Source of the DNA: Craspedostauros australis
Taxonomy: Eukaryota
Direction of reading: 5' to 3'
Length of the DNA: 64,000 nt
NCBI GenBank assembly: GCA_030167865.1
Contig: JALAGF010004049.1
Span: 1-64,000 of the forward strand
The position numbers were made by a program, and so were the translations under genes. The notes under the pieces are model-generated. The model worked only from the letters and a program-made list of their open reading frames with translations, searched no databases and was not told where the DNA came from. Shown in pieces: positions 58,794 through 64,000 of the stretch. Numbering within the stretch: the stretch's first letter is position 1; each line of letters begins with the position of its first letter.

Positions 58794-61004
58794 CTTGTTG
58801 TTGCTGCTGCTATGGCTGCTGCTACTGCTGTTCTTGCTGCTTCTAATGGGAGCGAAGGCTGAAGCCTGTGAAGTGAGGGACGGCGGGAATGCTGATGATG
58901 ATGCTGATACTGTTGTGAGACTGGTGGATGACCGATGTCTGCGTTGGGCTGTGAAGTGCTGCGGCGTTCCTCCACTCCTCTGCTTCTTCAGAGGTGGCGC
59001 AACTGGTCGAATGGGTGAAGCGTAACCGTGCAGACGTTGCTCCAGAGCGTCTTCTCCTTGTTGTCGCGGCTGTCGTTGTTGCTGCGAGTGCTGCTGAACC
59101 GAATCAATGGCGGTCTCGAGCGTGATTGCGATTCCGTTCGTCGTGGTTGCCTTCTTCGATAACTTCGTGGTCAAGCCTATCCTCTCCAGATGGTAGAGTG
59201 ATTGCGTTCTTGGCAACCTTCGGACGTGGTCTGAATGCTGTTCCACCTCTCCAACTCCTCAGAGAGAGACGTATTTTATTAGAATATATAATAGGATCGA
59301 CCTGGTCTCAAATGAGGAGTATTCTGTGGTAGTATATGATATGATATGATACAATACTACTGTGTGTATCTGTGGTACGAGTATTGGTAGTCGTACGGAC
59401 CACCAAGAATGATACAGAATTGCGCCAAGAGGGTCGGTGTCTGGATCGCAATGACTGGATCTGTTGGATCTGTTGGACTCCGACGGTGGCTAAGGCAATA
59501 CTGTCCGAGGTCTTGCTGTTTGAGATGCCTCTCGTTGATGATCTAGATGGATACGACGGGATGATTGCGTCTCACTCGAGAGTGTCGTTATCTTTGTCTC
59601 GGTCTCCTTCCGCTGTCTTGCGTTGGTGCTCGCATGGATGCTTGAATGCCGACGGCGTTGAGCAAAGTGGTTGCGAGTGCGGTTGTGGTTGGTTGTGTCC
59701 AATAAACTCCATCCGATGCCAACCCTGACGATTTTGGTCGTCCGTTGACTCCGCACGAAGGTTCGCGCCATGTTGTTGTCCACGTCGTGTCGGCGAAGAC
59801 TTCATGAATCGACAACTTCGACCACAACTGTCATTCTTGCGTGCTGACACTGCCGTTTTCAACAAGCACAAGAACACGCATGTCATGCGTACGATGGCAG
59901 CGACAACAATGAACATGGTCCAAGTGGCGTTGGCCAATTGAATCATGTTGGTTGCACCACTCACGAGGTGTTGCGCCAACATGTCACAAACGCGAGAGAC
60001 AAGGGGAGGAGGCGAAAGAAAAACCATCACCGGTCAGTCATTTGCATGAGCATCAACTCCATACCCATACTCCCAGGTCGCGGAGCACTTGAGCTATTAT
60101 ACTACTACTACAGGACTCTGCACTCTCCTCACGAGTATTATAGAATATCTTCCAAGAGGATGCAAACCCTCGTTGCGACTATGTGCAGAGGAGGGTATAC
60201 TAGTTCGATGGCAGAACTTCTGTTTCGTCCTGCTGTAGCTGTCACAAGTTCGTGCTGGGATTGATGTTTAGGGGCTGAATATACAATGATAGAATAGTAG
60301 AGCAGAGCAGAGTACTTCGCTCCACCCCGACATCATTTGGCAAGATTGGATTCGATGAATTCGCTGCTTCAGATCTTGGCGCCAAATCATGCCTCCACAC
60401 CAGCCAACTTCAGCATGCTCCAGGTGTCGGAGGCAACAAAAGGGGTGCGGCCATGTGTGGGTGTTCATGTCAGGAGATGACAACGTTCACGTCCAGACCC
60501 ACGCCAATGGAGGAAGAGGATGGAGACTTGCCCACTGCGGTTGCTGTTGTGGATGCACGTGCCGAAATGGAAGTGAGATTCGGTGCTCGTTTCACACAGT
60601 GAATGGAAAATGGGTGTCGCATCAGGTGTCCGCGGGACACTTGTTTCCCTATTCATCAGCTGCGGCAGTCACACACCGACTCAATCAATCAGTCACAGAG
60701 ACACGAAAGTGGACGGCTTGAACGGAAAAGAAAGATCGCAACCAACAGAGACGAAGGGATCAAAAGGTGGAGACAGAGGCACAAACTGTACGAGCAGTAT
60801 CTCTCCCTCTCTCCCTCTCTCCCTCTCTGAACCCATGGCGACTTGCTCGTAGTACTTGAACAAGCAAGCGCTGTATCAATGCTCGGACAGTGATCGTGTT
60901 GACGACAGTGCCAATACACAAGCCAGAGTGGTTGGATGGCCAAATCTCGCTCCGCATGCCCATTGTTCGCATGACACACCAAACTCATTTCTCGCGCCAT
61001 AATC

Positions 61005-61109
61005 ACAACACAACAACAGTAACAACAGCCAACAACAGTAACAACAGCAACAACAGCAACAACAATAGTAGCAACAACAGTAACAACAGTAACAACAATA
61101 GTAGCAACC
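61005..61109. repeat. (AAC/AGY)n trinucleotide-type repeat just upstream of the HSF start codon
   Basis: Direct reading of the sequence. Confidence 0.85.
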
Positions 61110-63113
61110 ATGACGACTAATCAGCACAAGAAGAAGCGCTCGCAACAACGCAGCACTCCAACCATGCTCAACAACCTGGACCTCAACCTGATCAACAGCG
61201 GCAAGAAGAAGCGCACCAACGTCCTCCTGTCATTCCCTCAGAAGCTGCATCAGATGCTCACTGACGTGCACAACGAGGGAATGGAGGAGATCGTCTCGTG
61301 GCTAGGATCCTCCAACGCCTTCCGCATCCACAACCCCGATCACTTCGTCAAGTACGTCATGCCAAGGTACTTCAAGCAATCGCACATCCGCTCCTGCCAG
61401 AGACAGTTCAACAACTACGGCTTCAAGCGCATCATCGGCGGTCCTTACGACGGGGCCTACCAGCATCCGCAATTCCTGCAGGGACGTCCCGATTTGGCCA
61501 AGGAGATTGTGCGCATCGCTGCGATACAGAACAAGGCCAAGTCGGCCACCACCAAAGGAGCCTCGTTCAGCAACTCATTCTCGTCGTCGATGGTGCCCAA
61601 ATCGTCTGTCTCCAATCTTGTAGCGACGGGATCGACGACCCTGGGCGATGTTGGCTTCACCCTGGCGCAGATCGTCATCCCGGAGCGACCAAAGGGCCTC
61701 GATTCATGGAGATCTGGCGTTACCGATGGCGCTGCAGCCAACAACAACAACAACAACAACAACACAACCAACGGCAATGGCATCACTATGAATGGCATGA
61801 ATGCAAACTCATTGCATTCTCAGAGCTTCAATACGGAGAATTCCATGCAGGGACTCGCTGGCGTCGAAGGATACGAGCACGGTCGCGGAAATCAGCACGT
61901 GCCTTCCTACTTGTACGGCGCACAAAATCCCGCTACCACAGACCTCATGCGCAATGCAACAACTCCGATGGAAAATCACAGCGACTCTGCCACCATGTCC
62001 AGCGCACCAGTCTCCATGTATCAATTCACGACCACCACCAAACGTCTCAAAGGTGGCAGCGAAGATGACGATGACGATTGTGACACTGGCACAGGTCGGC
62101 GCAAGAAGCAGAAGCGATCGCCGTTGGATATTCCGCCATCTGAGGAATTCGGTGACAATGACTTCGCCATGGCATTCCATCCAACCCCGTTGGCAAGATT
62201 GCAGAGCACCATCAGCGCCTTTGGAAGTCACGCATTCCGTTTTGGTCGCAGCGCAGATCACGAGGACAGCAGCACCAATCATAATGACAGCAACAGCAAC
62301 AGCAACGCCAAGAAATCGGCATTGCGGTCGCAGCCAAAAATGGGAGTCGATGCCACGATGCCGAAATTGAATCCTCAGGAATCCGCGGCCAGCTTTTCGG
62401 GAATGCAATTTCATCCACCTCCTCTGACGCGCCTGATCAGCCAAATCTCATCTTCCTTCGGCATTGTGGTGCAAGAGCTGAAGGCCACTGCCAAGGGTGT
62501 ATCTGCACAGTCCGGAGGCGGCGCGGCGTCCACCAACCCCGCGAGAGCCGGTTTGTTCCGATCTGCCAACAGTGCAGCAGCAGCAGCAGCAGCAGCAGAA
62601 AGGAAGACAACAACACTACCAGTACCATCCATGCAACGAGCGTACGGAAAGCGCTTCGTCGTCAGGCAAGATGGAAAGGAGACGAGGGAGGCGGCCACAT
62701 CCGATCCAAGCACGAAGAGCAACAAAAGTGCAAACCCGCTGCAGGGGCGCAAGATGACAGCGCAACAGACCATCTCCCGAATGTCGGTGACATCCACTAC
62801 GTCCCTAATTGACGATGATGATGACGACTTCAAGATCAACGACGACAGCGACCAGGAGCAGACGGGCAAGAGCCTCAGCAGCATGAACACCACCAGCAAC
62901 GACAGCCAGGCGCCCACGGAAACCAACGACACCGAACTGGCCCCGGAACCTCCACGATTGTTCTCTCGTTTCTCTTCGTTGCTGAAAGGGCACCTGCCCA
63001 TCTTGAATCGATTCGATACCAGCGCGACTTTCGGCGAGCTGGGACTGGAGCCGATGGCCGATGGCTCGCAACCACCATCTTCTGACCAACCCTTCACAAC
63101 AGCCGAGATATGA
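61110..63113 (+). CDS. HSF: Heat-shock-factor-type transcription factor (667 aa)
   Basis: FPQKLHQML...IVSW....AFRIHNPDHFVKYVMPRYFKQSHIRSCQRQFNNYGFKRI...YQHPQFLQGRPDL is the HSF DNA-binding domain; NLS-like RRKKQKR; disordered C-terminus. Confidence 0.95.
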   Translation: MTTNQHKKKRSQQRSTPTMLNNLDLNLINSGKKKRTNVLLSFPQKLHQMLTDVHNEGMEEIVSWLGSSNAFRIHNPDHFVKYVMPRYFKQSHIRSCQRQFNNYGFKRIIGGPYDGAYQHPQFLQGRPDLAKEIVRIAAIQNKAKSATTKGASFSNSFSSSMVPKSSVSNLVATGSTTLGDVGFTLAQIVIPERPKGLDSWRSGVTDGAAANNNNNNNNTTNGNGITMNGMNANSLHSQSFNTENSMQGLAGVEGYEHGRGNQHVPSYLYGAQNPATTDLMRNATTPMENHSDSATMSSAPVSMYQFTTTTKRLKGGSEDDDDDCDTGTGRRKKQKRSPLDIPPSEEFGDNDFAMAFHPTPLARLQSTISAFGSHAFRFGRSADHEDSSTNHNDSNSNSNAKKSALRSQPKMGVDATMPKLNPQESAASFSGMQFHPPPLTRLISQISSSFGIVVQELKATAKGVSAQSGGGAASTNPARAGLFRSANSAAAAAAAAERKTTTLPVPSMQRAYGKRFVVRQDGKETREAATSDPSTKSNKSANPLQGRKMTAQQTISRMSVTSTTSLIDDDDDDFKINDDSDQEQTGKSLSSMNTTSNDSQAPTETNDTELAPEPPRLFSRFSSLLKGHLPILNRFDTSATFGELGLEPMADGSQPPSSDQPFTTAEI

Positions 63114-64000
63114 ATCCGATGCCAAACACAGGGTGGGGAGAGAAGTACCCCAGTGCGAAATGTACAATACCATACATGCAATACGAGTACATACTTATGT
63201 CCATAGTTCGAGTCCATCACAGTATTCTCTGGTGTAAATAAGGCCGGGAGATGCATTGATATCCACACAAGGTAGTCACGGGCATGGCATGTTACGGTAT
63301 GGATTATGGAACTCATCATCATCGTTGTCGTCACGGAGAACTCTGGTCTGTCTCTATTCCGTCTTCTAGCTTTAACCGTAGCCTGTCCAACGTTCCAATC
63401 AACACTCTATCAGTTTGTCTGATACTTGGGACGTGTTGAAAACGATTTGAAGGACGGATTTATGCAAAACACAGACGCACGCTTCAACTCGTGACATACG
63501 TGATATACGGCAATATACCTATAATATGTAATATTGATGGATGGAGTTGTATCGACATTTCAGAAACCCCATGTCACATCCATGTCGTGTACGAAACGGA
63601 AGCGAAGAAACGATAGTACCGCTTCAAGGAATTGGGACTATTGCAGTACGATTGACAAACACGGATATACACGTCGGCAGGTAATGATCCAAAGTGTTTT
63701 CTGGATGGTGACGCAACGGCTGTCACAAGACAGATTCGAGATCGTGGTTCAAGGTTTGAGCAATTATGAGTGATAAGCGAGACCCATTCGTGATGTTTCG
63801 TTGGTCATGTCCAGTCTTTGCTAGTGACAAGAATTGTTGAAAGTGTTTTTTGTGTCATCCAATGCCCGATTATGTCTGTTCGTGAATTTTGGGTCGCTGC
63901 GAGCCGCACGCGTACTTGTTAGTACGGAGATGCGGAGCTTTTGGGCATCACGCGAAAGGAGTTGGTACCAGAAACGGCGGCTTCTGGCGCTCATGCGGAT

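Overview
Eukaryotic nuclear DNA, most likely from a pennate diatom. This is inferred from the protein families, the copia remnants, the ISL2EU/Harbinger-like transposase, the GT-AG introns and the microsatellites; the species cannot be identified. From left to right the window holds: the 5' part of a type II membrane protein resembling a GT23 fucosyltransferase; nested copia LTR relics on both sides of a secreted, internally duplicated Cys-rich protein gene; a long disordered protein with a C-terminal RVxF/GDNPS domain; a 2OG-Fe(II) dioxygenase; four paralogous genes that each encode a long disordered N-terminus plus two C-terminal helicase-associated (HA, PF03457-like) repeats and no helicase; a CpG-decayed DNA transposon region with a tRNA-like head; a spliced gene for a disordered, C-terminally membrane-anchored protein; and an HSF-family transcription factor. 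The most interesting signal is the HA-HA cluster. The four proteins share invariant putative recognition helices and an LEP[T/R]PI motif, three share a second short motif, they sit in unusually long intergenic regions, and the neighbouring HSF carries a related motif. Together this suggests an uncharacterised transcription-factor-like cluster. All homology calls come from motif recognition by eye; no database search was run.
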